From the NCBI GenBank assembly GCA_045116295.1, contig JBGULQ010000005.1, positions 41,349-105,348 on the forward strand: a stretch of 64,000 nt of DNA, in the 5' to 3' direction. Below the pieces are notes generated by a model. That model was given only the letters and a program-made list of their open reading frames with translations. It did no database searches and was not told where the DNA came from. Every line of letters begins with the position of its first letter. Within the stretch, counting starts at the first letter, position 1. Positions 48,538 to 59,356 of the stretch are shown here, one piece after another. The DNA comes from Alphaproteobacteria bacterium (GTDB taxonomy: Bacteria; Pseudomonadota; Alphaproteobacteria; RF32; CAG-239). A program made the position numbers and the translations under genes.

Positions 48538-49083
48538 ATGCTAAAACGTGTAAAAAATATTAGAAGCAAATACTACAATCCGCAACGAGAAGACAGCGAA
48601 TGTAAGTGCGATTTTCCCGGCTGTAACAAGCCTGGAGAATTTCGTGCTCCCAAAGATCGTTCTCTTAAAGAATATTATTGGTTTTGTCTTGAACACGTGC
48701 AAGCATATAATGCAAAGTGGAATTATTATGATGGTGATTTTGATGAAGAAGCCGATAAAAAAACAAAATCACGAATGCATTTCGGACGTTTTAAATCTCG
48801 CGTAAAATATCAGTTCGGATATGATTTTAAGGATGAATTTGAATTCTTTAATACATATTCCGACGACTATCATCCACGAGCCGGATATTCATCATCGCAT
48901 AACGAATTTTTACAAATTATGGAGATATCTGAAGAGGAACTTTCTTTGCCGCTGCTAAAAAAACAATACAAAAAATTGGTAAAAAAATATCACCCCGATG
49001 TGAACCACGAAGACAAAGATGCAGAAGAGAAATTCAAACGCCTGACAATAGCGTACCAAACACTCCTTAAAGCACTTTCTTAG
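48538..49083 (+). CDS. J-domain protein (C-terminal DnaJ domain, N-terminal Cys-rich region)
   Basis: The C-terminus carries KKYHPD ... the J domain. The N-terminal CxC ... C ... C ... H cluster is present. Confidence 0.8.
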   Translation: MLKRVKNIRSKYYNPQREDSECKCDFPGCNKPGEFRAPKDRSLKEYYWFCLEHVQAYNAKWNYYDGDFDEEADKKTKSRMHFGRFKSRVKYQFGYDFKDEFEFFNTYSDDYHPRAGYSSSHNEFLQIMEISEEELSLPLLKKQYKKLVKKYHPDVNHEDKDAEEKFKRLTIAYQTLLKALS

Positions 49084-49604
49084 CCGCGCCTTCTTCGCAG
49101 TAAAATCCTGATTACTCCGCTTCCGCCATCTTTTTGTTGAGGATGATCAATAGCCAAAATAAGCGGCCTGATTTCCGGTAGATTAAGCCACTGGGGGACG
49201 CGCTCCTTAAGCACTCCTCGTGTCTTAAAAAGCTCGCTTTCATTTTCAACATGTAGACCTTTTCCGGTAATGATTGCTACACACCTTTTGCCGGATATAT
49301 AAGCATTTTTTATAAAATTTATAACTCTTTCAAAAGCAATATTTTCTGTACAGCCATGAAGATCAAGCTCATCCTCAATCTTAAAACTACCGCTTCTAAA
49401 TCTTTTTGCCGTATTTGCATCAATATTTGCTGTTTTTCCAAACTCCAGCTCACCAAGAGCATCACCGCTATACACTTTACCTGCAGAAATCTTTGGAGTT
49501 ACAACTAATTTTTTGGCTTTCCTGCTCGTATCGCGCGCATCTTTTTTTAGCGGAACCACGCTTTGTACCAATTCATTCCACGATTCGCCATCGTCAGATA
49601 CCAT
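49080..49604 (-). CDS. Smr (MutS2-related) domain protein
   Basis: The Smr core LDLHGCTENIAFERVINFI ... ITGKG is present. Confidence 0.8.
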   Translation of the reverse strand: MVSDDGESWNELVQSVVPLKKDARDTSRKAKKLVVTPKISAGKVYSGDALGELEFGKTANIDANTAKRFRSGSFKIEDELDLHGCTENIAFERVINFIKNAYISGKRCVAIITGKGLHVENESELFKTRGVLKERVPQWLNLPEIRPLILAIDHPQQKDGGSGVIRILLRRRRG

Positions 49605-50769
49605 CGCGCTGTCCTTTAGGCAATAATATAAAATATTTTCCGCTCGAGTTCATGCTGCCGGCCTGTGCAAGTACGTCATCTCCGCCGCTTCCCCAAAAAT
49701 AATCAGCTCTCACAACCCCCTTAATGGCACTGCCTATATCCTGCGCCAATACCAATTTATTAATTGAAGAACCATTCGGAGATTTTGTTGACAGCCACAT
49801 CATACTTCCCAGTGGAATAACATCACGGTCAACGGCGATACTTCTACCCCCTTGCAAAGGCACACCAAAAGCCCCAAGAGGTCCTGATTCCTTTATAATC
49901 CTATGGAATATATATCGTTTGTTTTGCTGCATATATTCTTTTGCCTTTTGAGGGTGTGTGTTCAACCATTTTTTTATCTCAATCATATTGGCTTTTCCTG
50001 CAGGCAGTTCTTTATTTTGCAGTAATATACTGCCGATTCCTCTAAACGGAAAGCCATTATTATCAGCGTATCCTACACGTACTTTTTCGCCGTTATCCAT
50101 GTTGGCAACAGCCGATCCTTGAATTTGCATAACATGTATGTCGACCAAATTGTCTGCCCACATCAAAACCGGAGCCGAAACACCGCTGTCTTCAATATAT
50201 CCGCGCTCATAATAGGGTACCATCTTTTTATTGTTTACACGACCGACCAAACGGCGATTAGGCAAAGACTTGTCAAAATCCTGAAGATTAATTTCTACAA
50301 AATCATTCGGCACCCCGTATACCGGATAAACATACTTACCATGCTTACGAAAAGAGGCATTTATTTGCGATTCGTAATATGACGTAAATTTTCCGTTTGC
50401 ATCACCGTCATTTAGAACTAAGAACGGTTGAAAATTATTTTCAATAAACTTTCTTAAATCACTATCAGAAACAAACTTTTCATTCTCAAATTTATGGCAT
50501 ATTTTCTTATATAGTTTGGTATCAACCTTAATAATACTGTTGCCAAGCCAATCTGCTTTTATTTTTTCGATTCGATGGCAGTTGGCAACAATACTTTCAC
50601 GCATTTCCAGAATATTATCATTGCGCCAACCATCAAGTTCATCAAAAGCCGCCGTTTGTAATTCCGGCTTCATTCCCGATACAGCAGATGGCAGCACCGG
50701 TTTATGCTCTTTTTTTTGCGGACAAGCCGTCAGCAAAAGTGTAATAAGTAGAACAGCTAGTTTTTTCAT
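49594..50769 (-). CDS. mltA: membrane-bound lytic murein transglycosylase A (lipoprotein)
   Basis: The lipobox LLTAC, an MltA domain and a 3D domain are present. The ATG at 50769 forms an ATGA overlap with the tim44-like stop. The track's longer start is at 50793. Confidence 0.9.
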   Translation of the reverse strand: MKKLAVLLITLLLTACPQKKEHKPVLPSAVSGMKPELQTAAFDELDGWRNDNILEMRESIVANCHRIEKIKADWLGNSIIKVDTKLYKKICHKFENEKFVSDSDLRKFIENNFQPFLVLNDGDANGKFTSYYESQINASFRKHGKYVYPVYGVPNDFVEINLQDFDKSLPNRRLVGRVNNKKMVPYYERGYIEDSGVSAPVLMWADNLVDIHVMQIQGSAVANMDNGEKVRVGYADNNGFPFRGIGSILLQNKELPAGKANMIEIKKWLNTHPQKAKEYMQQNKRYIFHRIIKESGPLGAFGVPLQGGRSIAVDRDVIPLGSMMWLSTKSPNGSSINKLVLAQDIGSAIKGVVRADYFWGSGGDDVLAQAGSMNSSGKYFILLPKGQRDGI

Positions 50770-51419
50770 TTTTTTGTAGACACCAAAAGCCAATTAGGAT
50801 TGCTAGAATTAATGTTTTTCTCAAATGTCCAAACATCGGTGATTGATTGGATAAAGTTTTCATCTCCTTCAACAATTTCGCCCTTAGCATCTTTTAACAC
50901 GTTTGCCTGCTCGCTTACAAATTTTACCGAAATCTGCGCTTTATTTTTTTCATCTATTTTTGCATTTGTAATTTCAACTGAATTGAAACCGACAAAATCG
51001 GTTTCAGCACTGATTCCGTCAACTTTTCGCTGATTAACTATCTCCTCAAATTTTTTGAGCAAATTTTTGCCGACGAGAGTTTTGAGCATTGCCAAATCAC
51101 CTTTGGCAAAAGAAGTAACAATTATTTCAAAGGCCTTTTTTGCCCCTCTCAAAAACATATCTTTGTTAAAATGAGGAATTTGTCTCAATGCTTTTTCGAC
51201 ATCGCTCATCTCCGCGGTGGATTCGGCATTAAGTTCGCCCCCATCCAAAGGCTGTTTTTGAGCGTTTTTTAGATTTTCTTTTACCAAAATATCAAAAATT
51301 TTTGCGGCACTTTCCTGACTTATGGGGTGTGTTTCAGTCGGCTTTGTTCCTAAAACGCTCCACAATTTTTGAAAAATAACCGCGATTACAACCAATAAAA
51401 TTATAATATCAAAAGCCAT
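50766..51419 (-). CDS. Tim44-like domain protein
   Basis: An N-terminal TM helix and a C-terminal Tim44-like (NTF2-fold) domain are present. It diverges from secB, as in Rhizobiales. Confidence 0.8.
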   Translation of the reverse strand: MAFDIIILLVVIAVIFQKLWSVLGTKPTETHPISQESAAKIFDILVKENLKNAQKQPLDGGELNAESTAEMSDVEKALRQIPHFNKDMFLRGAKKAFEIIVTSFAKGDLAMLKTLVGKNLLKKFEEIVNQRKVDGISAETDFVGFNSVEITNAKIDEKNKAQISVKFVSEQANVLKDAKGEIVEGDENFIQSITDVWTFEKNINSSNPNWLLVSTKK

Positions 51420-51552
51420 AGTTTCCTCTTTTTACAAATAAAACAATGCCTATAATATAGCTAAAATGTTAATATTATCAACCTATTTGTTTGACCTGTA
51501 AAAAATATTTATTATACTCGATACAAACAATAAAGATATAAGGAGAATATAT

Positions 51553-52002
51553 ATGGAAGAACAATCTGCAAAACCGGCAGTATTAATTCACGGGCAATAC
51601 ATCAAAGATTTATCTTTGGAAATTCCTCATGCTCCCGAGATTTTCACCGAGATGAAAACCGCCCCTAAAATGGATGTACACATTGATGTAAAAACCGATC
51701 CCAAAGGCAACGGAATGTATACATCGCAACTTGACATTTCAATGACCGGCAAAGTTGAAGAAAAAACCCTTTTTATTCTTGAGCTCTCATATTCAGCCCT
51801 TGCAGAGGTTAACGTTCCCGAAGAACATCTGGAGCCTGTTTTAATGGTTGAGTTGCCGCGTTTGATTTTTCCGTTTGCACGCAACATCATAACACAGTGC
51901 CTTACAGAAGGTGGTTTACCGCCGTTTATGCTCAGCCCGATAGATTTCGGAGCCATGTACATGGCACGCAAACAAGCAGAAAACACTAAAAAAGACGCAT
52001 AA
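51553..52002 (+). CDS. secB: protein-export chaperone SecB
   Basis: It has 149 aa with a typical SecB sequence. Confidence 0.9.
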   Translation: MEEQSAKPAVLIHGQYIKDLSLEIPHAPEIFTEMKTAPKMDVHIDVKTDPKGNGMYTSQLDISMTGKVEEKTLFILELSYSALAEVNVPEEHLEPVLMVELPRLIFPFARNIITQCLTEGGLPPFMLSPIDFGAMYMARKQAENTKKDA

Positions 52003-52017
52003 ACTTTTCACACAAAA

Positions 52018-52051
52018 AACACCCGCTTATTGCGGGTGTTTTTATTTTTTC
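52018..52051. terminator. bidirectional rho-independent terminator
   Basis: An ACACCCGC-TTAT-TGCGGGTGT stem-loop is followed by TTTTATTTTTT. Confidence 0.75.
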
Positions 52052-52803
52052 TTTCGATGAGTAATCTGCGGTGTATTTTGATGATTGTTTTCAATATGCT
52101 TTTGAGATCCTATCTGTAAATTATCTTCCTGACTTAGCAACGAATTTATAATATCCATTGGATTCTTGCCCTGCATCAATTGTTGTTTTGCAACTTCGGT
52201 TGCTACAGATTGGACCACTGCATTGCGAAAAGCATTTTGTGCCTCAATTTTGCTTTGCTCAGCTATCTTATTTTCTTTTTCGGTAAATTTACGGTGAAAG
52301 CGCGCAAATTCATACAGAGGATCACCGCCACGCTGATATGTATCCAAACCGGTTAATCTGGTCTTTTCGTCAACCAATGCCTTAATACCGCCACACTCAT
52401 TATCTCTATACAATTTCCAATCTTCAATAATTTCCCAATATATTGCATCTGCCACATTAAACGGATCGAGTGCTCCGAAATTAATTTCCTTAACATTGTT
52501 TGCATGATTATAAATAGTAATGTTTTTTTCAAAAAACTCTTTGTTCTCGCGGATTTTTCTTCTTGGATTGGTCAAAGCCTGACATAGGCAGATAGCAACC
52601 AATGCAAGCTTAAACTCTTCACTGCTTTTATATATAATTTTTAACGGATCGCGCATAACCTCAGGTGTTTGCAAAACCAAATTTACGCAATAGTCATTAA
52701 GGTTTTGCAAAGCATCCATCTGTTGTGGATGCAGCTCCACGCTGGACACAATGGTGCAGCTCATCGCCTGATCAATCAAACTTTGAATGTTGTTCTGATC
52801 CAT
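52042..52803 (-). CDS. hypothetical protein (253 aa), translationally coupled to rppH
   Basis: Its start ATG abuts the rppH stop (TAAATG). It has no signal peptide and no recognised motif. Confidence 0.6.
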   Translation of the reverse strand: MDQNNIQSLIDQAMSCTIVSSVELHPQQMDALQNLNDYCVNLVLQTPEVMRDPLKIIYKSSEEFKLALVAICLCQALTNPRRKIRENKEFFEKNITIYNHANNVKEINFGALDPFNVADAIYWEIIEDWKLYRDNECGGIKALVDEKTRLTGLDTYQRGGDPLYEFARFHRKFTEKENKIAEQSKIEAQNAFRNAVVQSVATEVAKQQLMQGKNPMDIINSLLSQEDNLQIGSQKHIENNHQNTPQITHRKKK

Positions 52804-53262
52804 TTACATTTCCTTCTTTAAATATGGTCGAAATGTCTCAACCATTTTCAAATATACCTCTTTCTTAAATTTTACAATTTTTTTAGCAGTTTCGTCAATA
52901 TCAATCCATGTCCAGTTTCTAAATTCGGGTTCATGCGTGTTTAAATTAATTTCAGATTCCTCTCCCTTAAAACGGAACAAGACCCAATTCATGGCTTGAC
53001 CTTTTTTATTGAAACGTGCGGCAATATCGGGAGGAAAATCATATTTCAGCGGTGTATCAATTTGAGCAACAAACTCAACAGAAGTTACGGAAGTTTCTTC
53101 CTCAAGCTCTCTTTTCGCCGCCTCTATAATCGATTCCCCTTCCTCGATTCCGCCTTGAGGGAATTGCCATTGTCCTCTCAAATCTTTTCGCTCGCACCAC
53201 AGCACAAAGTTTTGACGATTACATAGCACAATCCCCACATTTCGACGATATAAATCAGCCAT
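52804..53262 (-). CDS. rppH: RNA pyrophosphohydrolase (NUDIX; IalA/NudH type)
   Basis: The Nudix box GGIEEGESIIEAAKRELEEETS is present. It lies downstream of ctpA, as in Rhizobiales. Confidence 0.9.
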   Translation of the reverse strand: MADLYRRNVGIVLCNRQNFVLWCERKDLRGQWQFPQGGIEEGESIIEAAKRELEEETSVTSVEFVAQIDTPLKYDFPPDIAARFNKKGQAMNWVLFRFKGEESEINLNTHEPEFRNWTWIDIDETAKKIVKFKKEVYLKMVETFRPYLKKEM

Positions 53263-53271
53263 ACCATCTGC

Positions 53272-54570
53272 CTACTGTTTGTTATAAATGCTTAATGCTC
53301 TTATTGTATCGACAGCTCTCAACAGCTGATAATCTTTTTTCAAGTCCTCATCTTCGGTCAAATCTTTTTGACCATCCTTTTGAGCATTGTCTGCATTTTC
53401 ATTTTTCAAAGCGTTTTTCAGCTCTGCTTCACTTATGGTTAATCCATCGGTATTCAGTTCTTCGACTTTTGCAGGTTTAACTTCAATATCCGGCTCAATG
53501 CCTTTTGCCTGAATAGAACGTCCCGAAGGAGTATAGTAGCGCGCGGTGGTTAAACGGATTGCCCCATATTTTCCAAAAGGAATAACGCTCTGTACCGAAC
53601 CTTTACCAAAAGACTTTTCACCCAAAATAACTGCACGTTTATGATCTTGTAACGCACCGGCCACAATTTCTGAAGCGGAAGCAGAACCATCATTTATCAT
53701 AACCACAATAGGCAATCCGTTTACAATATCACCTTCCGTGGCGTTATATTTTAGTGAGTCTTCCTCGTTGCGAGCGCGCGTAGAAACTATCTCTCCTTCA
53801 TTTAAGAATAAATCTGAGATTGCCACAGCTTGATCTAATAGCCCGCCTGGATTGTTACGCACATCCAAAATTACACCCTTAATACCATTTTTTGTTTTCT
53901 TTTGCATTTTTGCAATTTCTTTTTCAATGGTTTTATCAGCCTCCTCACTGAATGACGAAATTCTGACATATGCAATATCTTTTGCTTTAATTCCGGTTTT
54001 TATGGATTGAATTTTTATTTCCTCGCGTTTCAAAACTACATCAAACGGCTTTTCACTGTTTCTACGAATGGTCAGCTTAATTTTTGTTCCCGGTTTACCG
54101 CGCATTTTATCAACCGCCTCGTTCAGCGACATTCCGATAACCGGAGTTCCGTCAAGCGAAATAATATAATCCCCCGGTTTCAAACCGGCTCTGAATGCAG
54201 GTGTATCATCAATTGGCGATACCACTTTTACAACACCGTTTTCCATGGTCACTTCAATTCCCAAACCACCGAATTTGCCCTGAGTTTGCTCATTTAAATA
54301 CTTAAAACTTTTAGCGTCCAAAAAACTCGAATGCGGGTCCAAAGAAGACAGCATTCCGTTCATTGCTGATTCCAATAACTGTTGGTCACTTACTTCTTCT
54401 ACATATGACACCTTGGTTCTTTCCATAACCTCGCCAAAAAGATTGAGCATCTCATAAGTATCAAAATTTTCTTCTTTTGATTTTGCGGCTTGTTTGTCTG
54501 CAGCTGTGACACATCCGGATGCTATCAACAGACTGAAAGTTAAAGTAGAAATCATGAGTTTTTTTAACAT
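53272..54570 (-). CDS. ctpA: carboxy-terminal processing protease (S41)
   Basis: A PDZ domain and the S41 catalytic domain are present. 432 aa, with a signal peptide. Confidence 0.95.
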   Translation of the reverse strand: MLKKLMISTLTFSLLIASGCVTAADKQAAKSKEENFDTYEMLNLFGEVMERTKVSYVEEVSDQQLLESAMNGMLSSLDPHSSFLDAKSFKYLNEQTQGKFGGLGIEVTMENGVVKVVSPIDDTPAFRAGLKPGDYIISLDGTPVIGMSLNEAVDKMRGKPGTKIKLTIRRNSEKPFDVVLKREEIKIQSIKTGIKAKDIAYVRISSFSEEADKTIEKEIAKMQKKTKNGIKGVILDVRNNPGGLLDQAVAISDLFLNEGEIVSTRARNEEDSLKYNATEGDIVNGLPIVVMINDGSASASEIVAGALQDHKRAVILGEKSFGKGSVQSVIPFGKYGAIRLTTARYYTPSGRSIQAKGIEPDIEVKPAKVEELNTDGLTISEAELKNALKNENADNAQKDGQKDLTEDEDLKKDYQLLRAVDTIRALSIYNKQ

Positions 54571-54593
54571 TGTTATATTCCTGTACTAAAAGT

Positions 54594-55844
54594 TTAATTT
54601 GCAATCCACGCCAATGGGTCTATCGGCTTGTTGTTTTTTCGCAGTTCAATGTATAGATGTGTGTCATTACTTTTTGGCATTTGACCAACCGGTTCACCTG
54701 CCAACAGCATTTGCCCGACATCACAATCAATACTTTCCATTCCGGCCAACAAAGACATATATCCGTCTCCGTGTTCAATAATAATTAATTTTCCATATCC
54801 ACGGAACGGCCCTGCAAAAATCACCGATCCGTCATATGGTGAAATAACTTGCGCCTGAGAACGCGTTTTTATAGAAATACCCTTCGAGGTCACACCTTTT
54901 GATGTTTCTTCACCATAAGAAACAACAATCGGACCTCTTGCCGGCATTGGCAATCTTCCTTTGGCTTTAGCAAAGTTTTTAGCCGTATTCTTCATAAAGC
55001 TTTCAGAAGGTGCTGGAGCCGTTTCAACAGGCTCTGTTGTCGCTATACCCTGTTCTCTGCGACGTGCTTCTTGCTCTGCACGCTCTTTTGCCTCTTTTTC
55101 GCGTCGCAATCTTTCAGCTTTTTCGCGAGCTAACCTTTCACGCTCCAATTTATCCAATAATTCCTTAACATCTTTTGCTTGTTCGGCCAAGTGCTTAATT
55201 TTTTGCTTTGTTTCCTCTGACTGTGTTTGCAAGTTTTTCTGAACAGCCGATTTTTGTGCCATCAATTTTCGCATTTGTGCGTGTTCTTTTTCTAAAGACG
55301 ATTTGCTTGCGGCTATTTTAACAAGTTGAGCTTCAATATTTTTTTTCTTATCTGATATATCATTCAGTTTCATGCGAATTTTTTCAGCTTCTTCAGATAG
55401 ATAGGCACTCGTTTCCCGCAACAGCATTGCACTTCGTATAATATCAACCGGTGACAAAGGTTGCACAAACAACGATTCGGTAGGTTTTAAAGCCAAATTC
55501 TGTAAAGCATATAATGTTTGTATCAAATTTTTATCTTCGGTTGTAAAATTTGCTTCTGCAATTTTCAAATCTTCTTGCAATTGCAACAAATCTTTTTCCA
55601 GAGCTGATGTCTTGTCCTCAATGTTTTGAATTTGCTTTGCCTTTGTGACCATTGTTTTGCTAATTTGTGACAACTCACGTTCGACTTTTTTGCTTTCTTG
55701 TTGCAATAATTTTTGCTTCGTATTTTGCTGTTGAACCTGTTTTTGTACGTTTTCCAAATCCTGCTTAGATACAGTTTTTGCCACAGCACTGTTCGACAAC
55801 AGTGCCATGGCAAAAAGACATATAAACAAGGCTCCTTTTTTCAC
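54594..55844 (-). CDS. murein hydrolase activator, EnvC-like (coiled-coil plus degenerate M23 domain)
   Basis: A signal peptide, a long coiled coil, and a C-terminal LytM/M23 domain are present. Confidence 0.85.
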   Translation of the reverse strand: MKKGALFICLFAMALLSNSAVAKTVSKQDLENVQKQVQQQNTKQKLLQQESKKVERELSQISKTMVTKAKQIQNIEDKTSALEKDLLQLQEDLKIAEANFTTEDKNLIQTLYALQNLALKPTESLFVQPLSPVDIIRSAMLLRETSAYLSEEAEKIRMKLNDISDKKKNIEAQLVKIAASKSSLEKEHAQMRKLMAQKSAVQKNLQTQSEETKQKIKHLAEQAKDVKELLDKLERERLAREKAERLRREKEAKERAEQEARRREQGIATTEPVETAPAPSESFMKNTAKNFAKAKGRLPMPARGPIVVSYGEETSKGVTSKGISIKTRSQAQVISPYDGSVIFAGPFRGYGKLIIIEHGDGYMSLLAGMESIDCDVGQMLLAGEPVGQMPKSNDTHLYIELRKNNKPIDPLAWIAN

Positions 55845-55853
55845 AATGCAATC

Positions 55854-57389
55854 CTATTCTTTGACCAACAAAGATTTTCCGGTCATTTCTTTTGGTTGTT
55901 CGATTCCCAACAAATCAAGCAAAGTTGGTGCAATATCTGCCAACTTTCCTTTTTGCAGTGCGGTTATATTTTTGGGCGCATTAATCAACACTGCCTGCAC
56001 ATCACCGACAGTATGAGCTGTATATGGCTGACCGGTAATTTCATCGACCATTTTTTCAGCATTTCCATGGTCGGCAGTTACCAAAATTACACCGTCAACC
56101 TTTTTAATTGCCTCAACAACTCGTCCCAAACATTCGTCAACTGCGGCAACAGCCTTTAATGCAGCTTCCATAATTCCGGTATGTCCGACCATATCACCAT
56201 TGGCAAAGTTGCAAATAATTACATCAAATTTTTGATTTTCAATGGCATCTACCAAATTGTCCGTAACTTCATAGACAGACATTTCCGGTTTTAAATCATA
56301 AGTTGCTACTTTGGGACTTGGAATCAAAATTCTCGATTCTCCGTCAAACTCTTTTTCCTCACCACCATTAAAAAAGAATGTTACGTGAGCATATTTTTCG
56401 GTTTCGGCAATACGCAACTGTGTCAAACCGTGCTTTGCAATAACATCGCCAAAGATGTTTACCAATGCTTCCGGAGGATACATAGTCTCCATAAAGCGAT
56501 TATGATCAACCGAATATTCGGTCATGCCGACGGCCATAGACAGATTAATGGTTTTCTTTCTTTCAAATCCTACAAAAGTTTTATCAGCCAACGCGTACAA
56601 AATTTCTCTGGCTCTGTCGGCACGGAAATTTGCCATCAAAACGGCATCACCGTCTTCCATACCTGCATAATTGCCGATTACACACGGAACTACAAACTCA
56701 TCGCTCACCTTGTCAGCATAAGAAGATTTTATTGCTTCATCAGCAGTATTAAATCTTTTGCCGTCGGCGATGACAAGATTGTTATAGGCTTTTTCTACCC
56801 TATCCCAACGTTTATCTCTGTCCATTGCATAAAAACGACCAGAGAGTGTGGCAATTTTTACCGAGCTTAATCCTTCGATATCTTTTTCAAAGTCTGCCAA
56901 AAAATCAACAGCCGATTCCGGAGGCGTATCGCGACCATCCAAAAAGGCGTGAACATCTGTTTTAATGCCGTTTTTATTTAAAATCTTTGCCAAGGCAACA
57001 ATATGCGCTTGCGATGAGTGCACGCCGCCCGGCGACATCAAACCCATCAAATGACAAGTTTTTCCGTTGTTTTTAAGAGCCGCAATCAGTTTACATAATA
57101 CGGGATTTTTCTCAATACTGCCGTCTTTGATAGCCATATCAATCTTTGGCAAATCTTGCATAACTACACGACCGGCTCCCAGATTGGTATGACCCACTTC
57201 TGAGTTCCCCATTTGTCCTTCCGGCAATCCAACGGCAAGACCTGATGTTTGTATTAAATTGTGCGGATATTTTTTCAAATACTCGTGCCAGTTAGGAGTA
57301 TGCCCTTGTTCGATAGCATTGTCCGGAGTAATTTTTTCACGATAGCCCCAGCCGTCAAGAATTAACAGCATTACAGGTTTCTGTTTCAT
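55854..57389 (-). CDS. gpmI: 2,3-bisphosphoglycerate-independent phosphoglycerate mutase
   Basis: It has 511 aa with a typical iPGM sequence along its length. Confidence 0.95.
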   Translation of the reverse strand: MKQKPVMLLILDGWGYREKITPDNAIEQGHTPNWHEYLKKYPHNLIQTSGLAVGLPEGQMGNSEVGHTNLGAGRVVMQDLPKIDMAIKDGSIEKNPVLCKLIAALKNNGKTCHLMGLMSPGGVHSSQAHIVALAKILNKNGIKTDVHAFLDGRDTPPESAVDFLADFEKDIEGLSSVKIATLSGRFYAMDRDKRWDRVEKAYNNLVIADGKRFNTADEAIKSSYADKVSDEFVVPCVIGNYAGMEDGDAVLMANFRADRAREILYALADKTFVGFERKKTINLSMAVGMTEYSVDHNRFMETMYPPEALVNIFGDVIAKHGLTQLRIAETEKYAHVTFFFNGGEEKEFDGESRILIPSPKVATYDLKPEMSVYEVTDNLVDAIENQKFDVIICNFANGDMVGHTGIMEAALKAVAAVDECLGRVVEAIKKVDGVILVTADHGNAEKMVDEITGQPYTAHTVGDVQAVLINAPKNITALQKGKLADIAPTLLDLLGIEQPKEMTGKSLLVKE

Positions 57390-57466
57390 TTCTTTTTCCT
57401 TTTTTACGATTCTTTTTGTTCAAGATTATATATAATTGCAGAAAGAATAAAAGTATAAATGTGCGG

Positions 57467-59305
57467 TTATTCAATTTGTTGCATAAGTTCTTTCCATATC
57501 TGCGCAGGCAAGGTTCCTCCCCCCACATTTTTCATTGGAGAATTATTGTCATTTCCCAACCATACAACTGCGGTATATCCTTTTGCAAAGCCGACAAACC
57601 ATGCATCACGATAATCCTGAGATGTTCCGGTTTTTCCGGCGGCAAAGCCTGACAGTTGTGCTCTTTTTCCGGTTCCGGATTCGACTACCTTTTGCAGCAT
57701 ATAGGTGATTTTTTCTACGCTTTCCGGCGAAATGATTCGCTGTTTTTCATCAGCGATTCGCTCATATATTTTATACCCGTCTTTAGAATAAATTTCCGTA
57801 ATTGAATATGGCCAATTAGCATAACCTCCGTTGGCGATGGTTGAATATGCTATTGCCATATCAATTATCTTTACTTCTGAGCTTCCCAAAGCCATTGCCG
57901 AACTGTTCTCAATCGGCGTTGTAATTCCCATTTTATGAGCCAAACTGATAACTTTTCTTTTTGAGATTTTTGAGCTCAAGTCAATTGTTGCCAAATTCAA
58001 AGAGCGCCGAAAAGCATCAGCCAGAGTAACTTCGCCATAATATTTTTTATCATAATTTTCCGGCTTCCATTTTCCTACTGATATTGGCGTATCTTCAATA
58101 ACATCATCAGGTTCAAATCCGCTTTCCAGAGCAGTCAGATAAACAAAAGTCTTGAAGGATGATCCGGGTTGCCGTAATGATTGCGTTGCGCGATTAAATT
58201 GGCTTTTGCTATAATCAACTCCGCCGACCATTGCACGCACGGCACCTCCGTTATCAATTACGACAATTGCGCCGTTAGTCACGTTTTTATCGCGATTCGC
58301 GGCAATTGTTTTTTGCAAAATTTCTTCAGCAGCTTTTTGAATTTTCCCGTCAAGCGTTGTATACACGTTTACATCTGTGTCACGATCACCGATATAGGCG
58401 TTTACTTCACCATAAACCCAATCACCGAAATATTTACCGATTCCAAAACTGTATTTATTATTGCCGATAGGCATTTTCAGAGCTCTTTCTTTTTGCGATA
58501 TCGTTATTTTTTTATTATTAACCATATTTTGCAAAACAACAGTTGCCCTTTCAACAGCTCTTGTTCGATTAGATACCGGATTATATCTGGCCGGAGCTTT
58601 TAACAATCCGGCCAAAATAGCGGCCTCCATCATATTGATATCGCGCGCCGGTTTATGAAAAAATTTTTGCGAAGCAGCCTCGATTCCATAAGTTCCTGCT
58701 CCCATGTATACGCGATTTAGATAAAGTGTTAAAATTTGATCTTTGGTAAAATGTTTTTCTAACCAAAAAGCCATCAACAGTTCTTGAACTTTTCGTTTGA
58801 TACTTTTTTGTGAGCTCAAAAAAAGATTTTTGCTTACTTGCTGCGTAATCGTGCTCGCGCCCTGCACATATCTTTTGTGAATTAGGTTTACCACCATTGC
58901 TCTCGAAAAACCGATAACATCAAACCCAAAATGCGAATAAAAACGCCTGTCTTCCGTTGAAATAACCGCATCAATCACATACTGAGGTAAATCTTTTGCA
59001 TAGACTATATCAGAATAAACACCGCCGTATGATTCGATTTCTTGCCCGTTTTCATTCAAAATAGTTGTTGCCGGCAGTCTTGTGCGCTCAATTGATTTTT
59101 TAATGTCAGGCATTGTCAGCCAACAATAAAAAACATATACGCTCAGCGTTAATACAATTGCCATCAACAAAAACAACAACGGCTTCAACCACCATCTGCG
59201 GTGCTTGTTTTTTTTGCTCTTTGTTTTTTGCGTTGATTTTTTCTTTGATAAAACTTTTTTAGCAGAGCTCTTTTTAGTTGTTTTCTTGGGTGTTTTTTGT
59301 GTCAT
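57467..59305 (-). CDS. class A penicillin-binding protein (transglycosylase/transpeptidase)
   Basis: The GT51 motif EDRRFYSHFGFD and the transpeptidase motifs SSFK, SxN and KTGT are present. It has an N-terminal basic tail and one TM helix. 612 aa. Confidence 0.85.
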   Translation of the reverse strand: MTQKTPKKTTKKSSAKKVLSKKKSTQKTKSKKNKHRRWWLKPLLFLLMAIVLTLSVYVFYCWLTMPDIKKSIERTRLPATTILNENGQEIESYGGVYSDIVYAKDLPQYVIDAVISTEDRRFYSHFGFDVIGFSRAMVVNLIHKRYVQGASTITQQVSKNLFLSSQKSIKRKVQELLMAFWLEKHFTKDQILTLYLNRVYMGAGTYGIEAASQKFFHKPARDINMMEAAILAGLLKAPARYNPVSNRTRAVERATVVLQNMVNNKKITISQKERALKMPIGNNKYSFGIGKYFGDWVYGEVNAYIGDRDTDVNVYTTLDGKIQKAAEEILQKTIAANRDKNVTNGAIVVIDNGGAVRAMVGGVDYSKSQFNRATQSLRQPGSSFKTFVYLTALESGFEPDDVIEDTPISVGKWKPENYDKKYYGEVTLADAFRRSLNLATIDLSSKISKRKVISLAHKMGITTPIENSSAMALGSSEVKIIDMAIAYSTIANGGYANWPYSITEIYSKDGYKIYERIADEKQRIISPESVEKITYMLQKVVESGTGKRAQLSGFAAGKTGTSQDYRDAWFVGFAKGYTAVVWLGNDNNSPMKNVGGGTLPAQIWKELMQQIE

Positions 59306-59356
59306 TTTTACCTCTTGCGATTCGTCGGCAATATAGCAAAAATAGGTTAAAAAAGC

